Shown: piece after piece, positions 53,164-62,029 of the stretch
Layout of the letters: each line of letters starts with the position of its first letter
How positions within the stretch are numbered: position 1 is the stretch's first letter
Program-made: the position numbers and the translations under genes
Source of the DNA: Verrucomicrobiia bacterium
GTDB lineage: Bacteria; Verrucomicrobiota; Verrucomicrobiia; Limisphaerales; DASXHY01
Reading direction: 5' to 3'
Assembly: GCA_035552155.1 (NCBI GenBank)
Contig: DASZLX010000032.1
Span: 44,903 to 108,902 of the forward strand
DNA length: 64,000 bases
Notes under the pieces: generated by a model
What the model was told of the DNA's origin: nothing
The model's database searches: none
The model's input: the letters and a program-made list of their open reading frames with translations, nothing else

Positions 53164-55368
53164 ATGATGTACGAAGTAGTAACGTCCGCCCGTCTGAAAG
53201 GGTTGGCGCTCAGGATTCTGTTATGGGGATCATTAATTTTAACGCCTTTTCTTGCGGTAGGTGCCGGAAGCGTGAGCCTGATTTGGAACGCCAGCACTAA
53301 TACGGGGATTACGGGCTATAATGTCTATTACGGCAGCGCGAGTCGCAATTACCCGAACCAAGTTTCCGCCGGTAACAACCTCAGTGCCGTGGTTTCCGGT
53401 TTGTCCAACGGAAATTACTTTTTTGCGGTGACCGCGGTGGACGCGCTCGGCAACGAGAGCGATTTTTCCAACGAAATCAATTACCAGATAGCCGGAGTCA
53501 ATCAGCCGCCGACGATTTCCTCTATTTCGAGCCTGAGCGTAACTGTCGGCCAGACCATTGCTCCCCTCGCTTTCACGATCAATGACCCCGACAGCGGTCC
53601 GAGCAGTTTGATTCTCTCGGTCGTTTCCTCGAATCCGGGAATGGTGCCCAACGGGAACATTGTGTTCGGCGGCAGCGGCCAGAACCGCACCCTGACCATC
53701 ACACCGGTCGACGGGCAGACCGGGGGCGCGGAAATTACGGTCACAGTGAGTGACGGGAGCCTGACCGCGCAGAGCAGCTTTGCGTTGAACATCCAGCCGG
53801 TTTCCTCAGGCAATCATGCGCCGACGATTTCGGCCATTGCCGACCAGAGCATCAATGCCGGTACGGCCGCCGGGCCGGTCGCTTTCACGATTAATGATCA
53901 GGACACGGGCGCGAGCGGTTTGACGCTCTCGGCGGTTTCCTCGAATACGGGATTGGTGCCGAATGGCAACGTCGTCTTCGGCGGCAGCGGCCAAAATCGC
54001 ACCGTGACCGTCACGCCCCGAGCAGGCCAGACGGGAGCCGCGCAGATTACCGTCACGGTAAGCGACGGGAGCCTGACCGCTCAGAGCAGCTTCACCGTGA
54101 ACGTCCAACCGGTCGTCTCAGTCAACCATGCGCCGACGATTTCGGCCATCGCCGACCAGAGCGCTTATGCGGGCGTGGCCACTGGACCGATTGGTTTCAC
54201 GATCAATGATCAGGATACGGGCGCGAACGGGTTGATCCTGTCGGCGGGTTCGTCGAATACGGGACTGGTGCCGAACGGGAACATAGTCTTCGGCGGCAGC
54301 GGCCAAAATCGTACAGTGACCATTACGCCGCTGGCGGGCCAGACGGGCGCGGCGCAGATTACCGTCACGGTGAGCGACGGAAGCCTGACCGCGCAGAGCA
54401 GCTTCGCCGTGAATGTTCAACAGTCCGCCGCACTGCCGACCGCGAGCGCGGGCAAGAGTACCTACAACGGATTGTTTTTTGACCCGGCCGGACTGCAACC
54501 GCAAAGCGCTGGCGCGGTTAAAATATCCGTGACGACTGGCGGCAGGTATTCCGGATCGGTGCAGATGGCGGCGGCCCGTTATTCTTTTAGCGGCCAGTTT
54601 GGCGCGCTCTGCCAGGGAACCGCCGTCATCCAGAGAAAGGGCGCCAACTCGCTCAACGTCAATTTCACTTTGAAACCCGGGTCCTCGGGACAGCTCACGG
54701 GGAGCATGTCGGATGGCACCTGGACCGCGCAAATTCTCGGTGGCCTGGCGGCGTTCAATTCGAAAACGAATCCCGCGCCTTATGCGGGCAGTTACACCCT
54801 GGAAATCCCGGGCCAAGCCGCGCCGTTTTCGTTGGGCAATGGTTTCGGCTCCATCAAGGTGGATGGCAGCGGCAATGTGAAGCTGACGGGAATGCTCGCC
54901 GACGGCACGAAACTCAGCCAATCGGCGCCGCTTTCGAGCGATGGCACCTGGCCGGTCTTTGTGCCGCTGTATTCCGGGAAAGGCCTGATCCTGGGCTGGA
55001 TATCGTTCGTGAGCCGCGCGGGTGATGACCTGCACGGGACGTTGAGCTGGCTCAAGTTGTCGGTGCCCAACACGCGTATTTATCCCGGCGGCCTAGCCGT
55101 GGCGAGCGACGCCGTCGGTTCCGCATTTGTGCCAGGACCTCAACCGTTCGTTTTCGGCAGAGTGCAACTGCAATTGGGAGAGGCAGGCAACGGCTTGATC
55201 ATGGCGCTTAAAGTTTCGCCCACGACGGGCCTGTTCAACGGCAACATTCTGGATCGCGCCACCGGAAAACCGGAAAAGTTCCAAGGGGCTCTGCTGGACA
55301 AGGTGAACGCCGGCTATGGCTTTGTCCTCGGAACCAACCAAAGCACGCCCGTCACGCTGATCCAGTAG
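53164..55368 (+). CDS. large secreted protein: FN3-like module, three 104-aa Ig/cadherin-like repeats, C-terminal domain
   Basis: Signal anchor. SVSLIWNAS...GYNVYYG...YFFAVTAVDALGNES is FN3-like. Then 3 x (N[QH][PA]PTIS...FTIND.D.G...VPNGN.VFGGSGQNRT.T.TP..GQTG.A.ITVTVSDGSLTAQSSF). Confidence 0.8.
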   Translation: MMYEVVTSARLKGLALRILLWGSLILTPFLAVGAGSVSLIWNASTNTGITGYNVYYGSASRNYPNQVSAGNNLSAVVSGLSNGNYFFAVTAVDALGNESDFSNEINYQIAGVNQPPTISSISSLSVTVGQTIAPLAFTINDPDSGPSSLILSVVSSNPGMVPNGNIVFGGSGQNRTLTITPVDGQTGGAEITVTVSDGSLTAQSSFALNIQPVSSGNHAPTISAIADQSINAGTAAGPVAFTINDQDTGASGLTLSAVSSNTGLVPNGNVVFGGSGQNRTVTVTPRAGQTGAAQITVTVSDGSLTAQSSFTVNVQPVVSVNHAPTISAIADQSAYAGVATGPIGFTINDQDTGANGLILSAGSSNTGLVPNGNIVFGGSGQNRTVTITPLAGQTGAAQITVTVSDGSLTAQSSFAVNVQQSAALPTASAGKSTYNGLFFDPAGLQPQSAGAVKISVTTGGRYSGSVQMAAARYSFSGQFGALCQGTAVIQRKGANSLNVNFTLKPGSSGQLTGSMSDGTWTAQILGGLAAFNSKTNPAPYAGSYTLEIPGQAAPFSLGNGFGSIKVDGSGNVKLTGMLADGTKLSQSAPLSSDGTWPVFVPLYSGKGLILGWISFVSRAGDDLHGTLSWLKLSVPNTRIYPGGLAVASDAVGSAFVPGPQPFVFGRVQLQLGEAGNGLIMALKVSPTTGLFNGNILDRATGKPEKFQGALLDKVNAGYGFVLGTNQSTPVTLIQ
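53500..54430 (+). repeat. tandem repeat, 3 x 312 nt, in-frame
   Basis: Units start at 53500, 53812 and 54124. Units 2 and 3 share long identical runs, e.g. ccatgcgccgacgatttcggccat.gccgaccagagc. Confidence 0.9.
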
Positions 55369-55572
55369 CATTCGCCGGTTTGTTTTCAAACCACTCGTAC
55401 ACAATCAGATGCGATTAAGAACCCCCTCACATAAAGGGGTTTTGGATGAGGCCAATCGATCGATTCTCTCTGTCGACTTAAAGGGTCTTTGTAGGCCAAA
55501 CACCGACAGGAGAATCAGCCCATTACGGAGGTGGCTGATTGGGCTCTCACTGGCATTCTGGGAGTCCGTTAA

Positions 55573-56103
55573 ATGAAGAAGATTAGCTGGTTTGAATTTG
55601 GTTTGGTTGTCGTGGTGGCTTGGCTGTCAGCATGCGGCATCGCAAAATGTGACTCCAGTGTTTCACTCCAGTGGAACGCTAACGCCGATCCGTCGGTGGT
55701 CGGTTACAATCTCTATTATGGCGGGGCCACTCGTGACTACACCAATGCCATTGACCTCGGTCCCGCCACGAATACCCTCGTGGGCGGTTTGACCGAGGGG
55801 AAAACGTACTTCTTCGCGGTGACGGCCTACGATGCTTACGGGGATGAGAGTGATTACTCCGAGGAAACGATCTACATTGTTCCGGGATATCTCGTCCTGA
55901 CTCCCGGGGCGAGTCCGGGGGCGGGTGTCCGTATTCAGTTTCCGGTCGCGTCGGGTCATTGGTACGAGATTCAGGAATCCCCGGATTTGCAGTCCTGGAC
56001 CACCATCCAGAAAGTGCTCGGAAGCATGACCAACGGATGGGTGGAATACGATCCTTCCCCGACCAATCAGGGTCCGCAATTTTTCCGACTGATACTTCAT
56101 TAG
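55573..56103 (+). CDS. secreted FN3-like protein with C-terminal FFRL-ending module
   Basis: Signal peptide. SVSLQWNAN...GYNLYYG...YFFAVTAYDAYGDES is paralogous to the N-terminus of 53164-55368. The tail is WYEIQESPDLQSW...GPQFFRLILH. Confidence 0.75.
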   Translation: MKKISWFEFGLVVVVAWLSACGIAKCDSSVSLQWNANADPSVVGYNLYYGGATRDYTNAIDLGPATNTLVGGLTEGKTYFFAVTAYDAYGDESDYSEETIYIVPGYLVLTPGASPGAGVRIQFPVASGHWYEIQESPDLQSWTTIQKVLGSMTNGWVEYDPSPTNQGPQFFRLILH

Positions 56104-56232
56104 ATTCTCAAGGCGTTCACTTCCATCGTCTTGGAAACCGACGGTAATCTTGGCTTCGTTAGGTAGCTTTACGGATTCTGGCCGTGTACTTGCTTGCTAT
56201 TCCGTCGAAAGCCAGTTTTCATGATATAAGAA

Positions 56233-56910
56233 GTGAAACTATCGACTGACCAACCTAAGCGGCAGCGGATTTTACTGGTGGACGACCACCCTTTGGTGCG
56301 TCGGGCGCTTAAGCAAACTATTGAGCGCGAACAGGATTTGACGATTTGTGGCGAGGCGGAAGATCGGGAAGAGGCGCTCGCCGTCCTGGAAAGCTCGGCC
56401 GCGAGCATGGCGATTGTGGATTTGACCCTGAAAAATTCGGATGGATTGGAACTGGTGAAAGATATTCGGCAAAAATATCCCCAGGTTCTAACCCTCGTGT
56501 TATCAATGCATAACGAATCACTTCATGCCGAACGTGCCATCCGCGCGGGGGCCAATGGGTATATTTCCAAGCAGGAAGCTCCTGCCGAGGTGATGCGGGC
56601 GGTGCGCAAGGTATTGGGCGGCGAAATTTATTGGCCGGAGAAGGCGGTCGTCGAGACCTTCAACCGTCTTGCCGGCAGAGGGTTCGAGTCGAATGACGGT
56701 GCCACGGCGCGCCTTTCTGGACGCGAATTACAGGTTTTTGAATTGATCGGAACTGGTGCTACTCCCGCACAAATTGCCGCAATTATGGACGTGGAGGTCA
56801 GCACCGTGGACACTTACCGGAGCCGGATCAAGGATAAGCTCAGCCTCAAAAGCGCAAACGAATTGAGGCATGAGGCGATCCGCTGGAACGTCGCCAAAAA
56901 CACCCGCTGA
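56233..56910 (+). CDS. NarL/LuxR-family response regulator
   Basis: REC (ILLVDDHPLVR, VDLTLKNSDG) plus a LuxR HTH (LSGRELQVFELIGTGATPAQIAAIMDVEVSTVDTYRSRI). GTG start. Confidence 0.9.
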   Translation: MKLSTDQPKRQRILLVDDHPLVRRALKQTIEREQDLTICGEAEDREEALAVLESSAASMAIVDLTLKNSDGLELVKDIRQKYPQVLTLVLSMHNESLHAERAIRAGANGYISKQEAPAEVMRAVRKVLGGEIYWPEKAVVETFNRLAGRGFESNDGATARLSGRELQVFELIGTGATPAQIAAIMDVEVSTVDTYRSRIKDKLSLKSANELRHEAIRWNVAKNTR

Positions 56911-57079
56911 AATGGTTCTCATTCAACGAATTAGAAATGCAGTTTTTCACGTCCCGGCAAGCCCCCGGGGGTGTAGGTGTTTTCCAGTACAAGACTTGTC
57001 GTGGCAAATAGCTACAGCAAAATCTGTATAAGCCACAAGTTTCCCAAAGAGCCGAGACGTGGTTGAATCACGCACGCCT

Positions 57080-57095
57080 TGGAACGGTTGTCGCA
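57080..57095 (+). promoter_or_regulatory. candidate sigma-54 (-24/-12) promoter
   Basis: TGGAACGGTTGTCGCA compared with consensus TGGCAC-N5-TTGCA. The GG and GC dinucleotides are at the canonical spacing. Lies 26 nt upstream of the NusG-paralog ATG. Confidence 0.35.
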
Positions 57096-57120
57096 GGTTT
57101 TTCGGTTGGGTGAAGTTTTT

Positions 57121-57762
57121 ATGTCAGTTTTTGAGTCCAGAATTATAGATTTCGGAGATGTCGAAGGCCGTATTTTCGCGGCACAGCCGGCATTTTCGCC
57201 CGCGCCTGCGGCGCAGGATACGCTGGCGTGGTATTGCGCGCGGACGAAGCCGAAGCATGAGCACATTGTGGCGGCGGGGCTGAAAAGAAATCTGGGCCTG
57301 GAAGTATTTCACCCGCGTTTGCGGATAGAACGGCCCACGCGGCGTGGAGTGGTGCGCGTGGTTGAGCCGCTGTTTCCTTGTTATGTATTTGTCCGTTGCA
57401 ACATCGACGAGTCCCTGGACAACGTTCGGTATGTCAACGGAGTCAGCAGCCTGGTTCATTTCGGACAACGCATCCCGGTTGTCCCGGATGCCGTGGTGGA
57501 CGAGTTGAAACAGTGTTTTGAATCGCAGGAACCGATGGACGTGGAGGAGCGTCTCGTCCCGGGCACTGAGGTGACGGTGGGCGAGGGTGCGTTTCATGGG
57601 TTTAACGGGATTGTATTGCGCGTCATGCCGGCGAAGCAGCGCGTGCAGATCCTGCTCGATTTTTTAGGCCGAACGACTTTGGCGGAAGTGGATCGCAAAT
57701 CGCTGATTTTGGAAAACCGATCCATGGCCGAGATGATGCCTTCGCTGGCGATGGCGAAGTAG
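57121..57762 (+). CDS. NusG-family paralog (RfaH/UpxY/LoaP-like specialised antiterminator)
   Basis: NGN-domain start WYCARTKPKHEH...GLEVFHP...PLFPCYVFV and a KOW-like GTEVTVGEGAFHGFNGIV. Heads a polysaccharide locus. Confidence 0.8.
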   Translation: MSVFESRIIDFGDVEGRIFAAQPAFSPAPAAQDTLAWYCARTKPKHEHIVAAGLKRNLGLEVFHPRLRIERPTRRGVVRVVEPLFPCYVFVRCNIDESLDNVRYVNGVSSLVHFGQRIPVVPDAVVDELKQCFESQEPMDVEERLVPGTEVTVGEGAFHGFNGIVLRVMPAKQRVQILLDFLGRTTLAEVDRKSLILENRSMAEMMPSLAMAK

Positions 57763-58125
57763 GGGTGGTCTCAGTGGTTTGAGATCAAGCAACAGGGGTT
57801 TCCCAATTGGACGATGGGAAGGGGAAGTGAAAAGTGGGCGAAAATAGAATTCGCCTACAAGTGCGGAGCTTTGGACAACAATTAAACAGCGAAGCTTTCT
57901 GCATGTCTTTGTTCCCGGCGGTTTCAGTGTCGATGTAATTTTTGAGAAGACAGTGAATTCAGCTATGCATTTAAAAAATACCGCAGGCTTCCTGCTCAAG
58001 AAGGCGCTTCAGGCCTTGAGCCACGTTTTTGCCTGGAACGGCTTTATTGTCTCTTCACGAGGTGGACAGACTTTCGATTCTTTCTCCGCCCGTCCCGCTT
58101 ACGTGTTCTGTCGTATTCCCAGGAA

Positions 58126-58878
58126 ATGAATCCCTTTTCTTCAGTCAACACCTGCCCTCTGCAAAGCCTGACGGCGTCCGGCGGCATCCCGTGGTGGAAA
58201 CGCGCCCTGGATGTGCTTTGCGTGGTCCTGCTGTTGCCGCTGCTGGCGTTGGTGGGTTTGGTGGTGGCAGCGGTCATCAAGATCGTTTCGCCCGGTCCCA
58301 TCTTTTTCCGGCAGGAGCGCATTGGCTATCGTGGCCGCCCGTTCATGTGCTTCAAATTCCGCACCATGATCGTCAATGCGGATACGGATGTTCACAAAGG
58401 GCACCTGGAGGAATTGATTTCGTCCAATCTTCCCATGACCAAGCTCGACGGTGATGACCGGCGCGTGATTCCCGGGGGCATCTGGCTGCGTTCACTGGGC
58501 CTGGATGAATTGCCCCAGCTTATCAATGTGCTGCGCGGAGAGATGAGCCTCGTCGGGCCGCGTCCCTGCGTTTCCTACGAGTACGAAAAATATCTTCCGC
58601 GCCATCGCATCCGTTGCGCGACGCTGCCCGGCCTGACCGGTTTGTGGCAGGTGAATGACAAGAACAACACCACTTTCGAGGAGATGATGGATTTGGACAT
58701 TTACTACGTCCACAACAAGTCTCTTTGGATGGACGTGAGCATTCTCGCTCGGACGTTTCCCGCAGTGCTTCTTCAAACCCGGGAAGTTCGGCGCAAGAAG
58801 AGGAATGCCTCAGAGACGGTGTTGGTGCCAGGAGCAACGGCAGCGCGTGCGGTGCGCTCGCCCGACCAGGCTTCCTGA
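58126..58878 (+). CDS. polyprenyl-phosphate sugar-phosphate transferase (bacterial sugar transferase family, priming GT)
   Basis: WWKRALDV, SPGPIFFRQERIG, FKFRTM, DELPQLINVLRGEMSLVGPRP. Confidence 0.9.
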   Translation: MNPFSSVNTCPLQSLTASGGIPWWKRALDVLCVVLLLPLLALVGLVVAAVIKIVSPGPIFFRQERIGYRGRPFMCFKFRTMIVNADTDVHKGHLEELISSNLPMTKLDGDDRRVIPGGIWLRSLGLDELPQLINVLRGEMSLVGPRPCVSYEYEKYLPRHRIRCATLPGLTGLWQVNDKNNTTFEEMMDLDIYYVHNKSLWMDVSILARTFPAVLLQTREVRRKKRNASETVLVPGATAARAVRSPDQAS

Positions 58879-58880
58879 GT

Positions 58881-59027
58881 TAGGGATTCTCGGGCAGGGC
58901 CACGAGTATCGGGTCACCTTACTTTCGCCGCGTACGGCGGCGCTTTCGAAACGTTCCAGACTCTTGGATTTATCACCTTTTCCGCCCGCTGAGCGCGGGC
59001 GCGACGCCGCGGCACGGCGTTTCTACC
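58881..59027. repeat. degenerate composite REP cluster copy
   Basis: ttaggg..., tcgccgcgtacggcggcgc ..., ttccgcccgctgagcgcgggcgcgacgccgcggcacggcgtttctacc. Confidence 0.65.
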
Positions 59028-59070
59028 AGGTTTCGCAAGCGGAATTTCGTCGGTCAACAGAAGGAGAATT

Positions 59071-60345
59071 ATGACTAAGCCAATCAAAGTCGGCGTGGTG
59101 GGTTGCGGCTATTGGGGCCCGAACCTCATCCGCAACTTCCGGTCGCTTCCGGATTGCAACCTCAAGATGATGTGCGATCTCAGCGAAGACCGCTTGAAAC
59201 ATCTGAAGACCTTGTATCCGGAGGTCAAGGGCGAGACGGATTTCAGCCATATGCTCAACGGCGCCGGGCTGGACGCCATTGTCATCGCCACCAATTTGAA
59301 AGCGCATTACCCGATGGCCAAGGCGAGTTTGCTGGCGGGCAAGCACACCTTCATTGAAAAGCCGATGGCCGCATCGCTGAGCGAATGCGAAGAGCTATTG
59401 GCCATCGCGCAGCAAAAAGGACTGGTGCTCATGATCGGGCACACGTTTGTTTATTCGGCCGCGGTCAAAAAAATCAAAGAGATTGTCGAGTGGGGCGACC
59501 TGGGTGACATCCGTTATATTTCGGCGCGCCGCCTCAACCTCGGGTTGTTCCAGCGGGACATCAATGTGGCGTGGGACCTCGCCTCGCATGACATTTCAAT
59601 CATTCTTCACATCATGGATGAAATGCCGATCAGCGTGAATTGCCGCGGCAGCGCGCACATCACGCCCGGCGTCGAAGATGTTACTTCCATGTGCCTGACT
59701 TTCCGCAAGGACCGCTCCGCCATCATTCACAGCAGCTGGCTCGATCCGCGCAAAATCCGGGAGATGACCATTGTGGGCAGCAAGCGGATGATTGTTTATG
59801 ACGACGTGGCGCCGCTGGAAAAAATCCGCGTATTCGACGTGCGCGTCGAGCGTCCGCCGCATTACGACACGTTCGCGGAATTTCATTACGCCTACCATTA
59901 CGGGGACGTTTATGCGCCGTATATCAAGCAGGAGGAGCCGCTCAAAACCGAATGCCAGCATTTCCTTGATTGCATTCGCGAGAGCAAATCGCCGATGTCC
60001 AACGGCACCCACGGAGTGGAAGCGGTGAAAATCCTGGAAGCTTCCTCGCTGTCCCTGAAACAAAGCGGCAGCGCCGTCCGGCTGGATCAGGTGGAGGCGT
60101 TGCGGAATCAATCGGCGAATAAAGCGAATGGCCTGGCCATCGCGCGCAGCATCAACAACGGGATTTCCAAGGCGACGAGAATTCCCAAGTCCAACGGCAT
60201 TTCGAAAACGCCGAGAATTCCCAAGCTCAACGGAGCGGCCAAAACCAACGGCAACGGTCATGGTAATGGCAATGGCAATGGCAACGGCGCGCGCGGAGGC
60301 GATTCAAAAACTTCCTATCGCTCGCTTCCGGAAGCGCAGGGTTGA
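59071..60345 (+). CDS. Gfo/Idh/MocA-family sugar-nucleotide oxidoreductase with low-complexity C-terminal tail
   Basis: IKVGVVGCGYWGPN Rossmann motif and the EKP motif (FIEKPMA). The tail is NGISKATRIPKSNGISKTPRIPKLNG...NGNGHGNGNGNGNG. Confidence 0.9.
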   Translation: MTKPIKVGVVGCGYWGPNLIRNFRSLPDCNLKMMCDLSEDRLKHLKTLYPEVKGETDFSHMLNGAGLDAIVIATNLKAHYPMAKASLLAGKHTFIEKPMAASLSECEELLAIAQQKGLVLMIGHTFVYSAAVKKIKEIVEWGDLGDIRYISARRLNLGLFQRDINVAWDLASHDISIILHIMDEMPISVNCRGSAHITPGVEDVTSMCLTFRKDRSAIIHSSWLDPRKIREMTIVGSKRMIVYDDVAPLEKIRVFDVRVERPPHYDTFAEFHYAYHYGDVYAPYIKQEEPLKTECQHFLDCIRESKSPMSNGTHGVEAVKILEASSLSLKQSGSAVRLDQVEALRNQSANKANGLAIARSINNGISKATRIPKSNGISKTPRIPKLNGAAKTNGNGHGNGNGNGNGARGGDSKTSYRSLPEAQG

Positions 60346-60369
60346 GGTAAAAGGGTTGTCGCCGCGCAC

Positions 60370-60861
60370 ATGAGCAAGGATTCCATGTTTCAGCAGATCG
60401 CCTCCGACGTAAAGTTGGGAAAGGGCGTGCGCATCTTTGGCTTCACGAATCTGTACGGTTGCGAAATCGGCGATGACGTCAAGATTGGAACCTTTGTAGA
60501 AATTCAGAAGGGGGCGCGCATCGGCAATCGCTGCAAAATTTCCAGCCACACTTTTATCTGCGAAGGCGTGGAGCTGGAGGATGAAGTGTTCGTGGGCCAT
60601 AACGTGACCTTCGTCAATGACCTTTATCCCCGCGCCACCAATGGCGACGGCGGCTTGCAGCAGGAATCGGATTGGGAACGCGTTCCCACGCTGGTCAAGC
60701 GCGGCGCCTCCATCGGCTCCGGCTCAACGCTGCTCTGCGGCGTGACGGTGGGCGAGCGGGCGTTGGTGGGAGCAGGCAGCGTGGTGACCAAGGACGTGCC
60801 CGCGTTCACGGTCGTGGCTGGCAATCCGGCGCGCGTCATCAAAACATTGCCTCGCGAATAG
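60370..60861 (+). CDS. hexapeptide-repeat sugar N-acetyltransferase (LbH family)
   Basis: Repeated [LIV]G..x..I pattern; GASIGSGSTLLCGVTVGERALVGAGSVVTKDVPAFTVVAGNPARVI. Confidence 0.9.
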   Translation: MSKDSMFQQIASDVKLGKGVRIFGFTNLYGCEIGDDVKIGTFVEIQKGARIGNRCKISSHTFICEGVELEDEVFVGHNVTFVNDLYPRATNGDGGLQQESDWERVPTLVKRGASIGSGSTLLCGVTVGERALVGAGSVVTKDVPAFTVVAGNPARVIKTLPRE

Positions 60862-60883
60862 CCCGGTTGCGGTTCCAGAAATC

Positions 60884-61987
60884 ATGAATGGGGTTGCTGA
60901 AGTGACTTCCCGCGCGGCACAAACTGCCGCGCGAACGGCGTGCGCTCCCCTGGAGCCGCCGGTCGTCATCAATCCTTTGGAATTTCAGCGGTGGGACACG
61001 CAACTGGCCAATCTCCCCGGCGCTTCATTTTTTCACGGCACAGCCTGGCCGCGCGTGTTGCGGGAAACTTACGGGCACGAACCGGTTTATTTTTGCCGCT
61101 TTTCCGGCGGGGAATTGAAGCAATTGCTGCCCGTGATGGAAGTGTCGAGCGCGTGCACCGGGCGCCGCGGGGTTTCGCTGCCCTTCGCGGATTTTTGCGC
61201 TCCGCTCAATTCGAGCGACGAAGATTTAAGCGCGCTGTATGCGTTCGCGGTCGAGCATGGCCGCCGGCGGAATTGGCGGCATCTCGAGACGCGCGGTGAC
61301 TTCGGCCAATGGCGCGGCGCTTCGCCGTCGGTCGCGTTCTTCGGTCATGCTCTCGCGCTGGAAGGCGGCGAAGCGGCATTGTTCAAGGGATTGGATGGCG
61401 CAATGCGCCGGGGGATTCGCAAGGCGGAACAAAGCGGCGTGAAAGTTGAATTCGGCAGCACGCTGGAATCCGTCCGCATTTTTTATGCGCTGCATTGCCG
61501 GACGCGCCGGCGCCACGGCCTGCCGCCGCAGCCCGTCGAATTTTTTGAGAACATCGCGCGCCACGCGCTCGAGCCCGGCCATGGATTTGTGGCGATTGCG
61601 CGGCACGAACAACAGCCGGTGGCCGCGGCGGTATTTTTCCACGAAGGGCACGCCGCGCTTTACAAGTACGGAGCAAGCGATGAAGCGGCCCAACACCTGC
61701 GTCCGAACAATTTCCTGATGTGGGAAGCCATCCGGCGTTGCGCCGCCGGCGGGTTCGCGGAACTGCATTTTGGCCGCACCTCACTTTATAATGATGGCTT
61801 GCGGCATTTCAAACTCGGTTTCGGCGCGGTCGAGGAGCCGGTTGAATATGCCAAATATGATTTTCGCCGCGACGGTTTCGTTTCCGATGTGGACCGATCC
61901 GAAGGGTTGATGAATATGGTGTTCCGCTGTTTGCCGCAGCCGTTGCTCGTGCAGGCGGGCCGGATGTTGTACCGGCATTTGCAGTAA
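60884..61987 (+). CDS. FemAB-like / GNAT-fold acyltransferase of the type associated with PEP-CTERM exopolysaccharide loci
   Basis: About 367 aa, with FFHGTAW, RRGIRKAEQSGV and LMWEAIRRCAAGGFAELHFGRT. The family call rests on recollection of FemAB-related proteins in such loci. Confidence 0.7.
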   Translation: MNGVAEVTSRAAQTAARTACAPLEPPVVINPLEFQRWDTQLANLPGASFFHGTAWPRVLRETYGHEPVYFCRFSGGELKQLLPVMEVSSACTGRRGVSLPFADFCAPLNSSDEDLSALYAFAVEHGRRRNWRHLETRGDFGQWRGASPSVAFFGHALALEGGEAALFKGLDGAMRRGIRKAEQSGVKVEFGSTLESVRIFYALHCRTRRRHGLPPQPVEFFENIARHALEPGHGFVAIARHEQQPVAAAVFFHEGHAALYKYGASDEAAQHLRPNNFLMWEAIRRCAAGGFAELHFGRTSLYNDGLRHFKLGFGAVEEPVEYAKYDFRRDGFVSDVDRSEGLMNMVFRCLPQPLLVQAGRMLYRHLQ

Positions 61988-62029
61988 GTGATAACAGCGG
62001 AAAAGGAAAGAGAAGCAGGTGATCAATAC

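Noticed and set aside
54118-55035. 305-aa minus-strand ORF inside the repeat-containing surface protein gene
   Set aside because: It lies antisense to a gene with a clear signal peptide and domain repeats. Its Arg-rich product is typical of antisense frames.
58034-58050. Second sigma-54-like site, TGGAACGGCTTTATTGT, in the leader before the priming transferase
   Set aside because: The -24-like half is good, but there is no GC dinucleotide at the -12 position at the required spacing. It is kept only as a note under the EPS finding.
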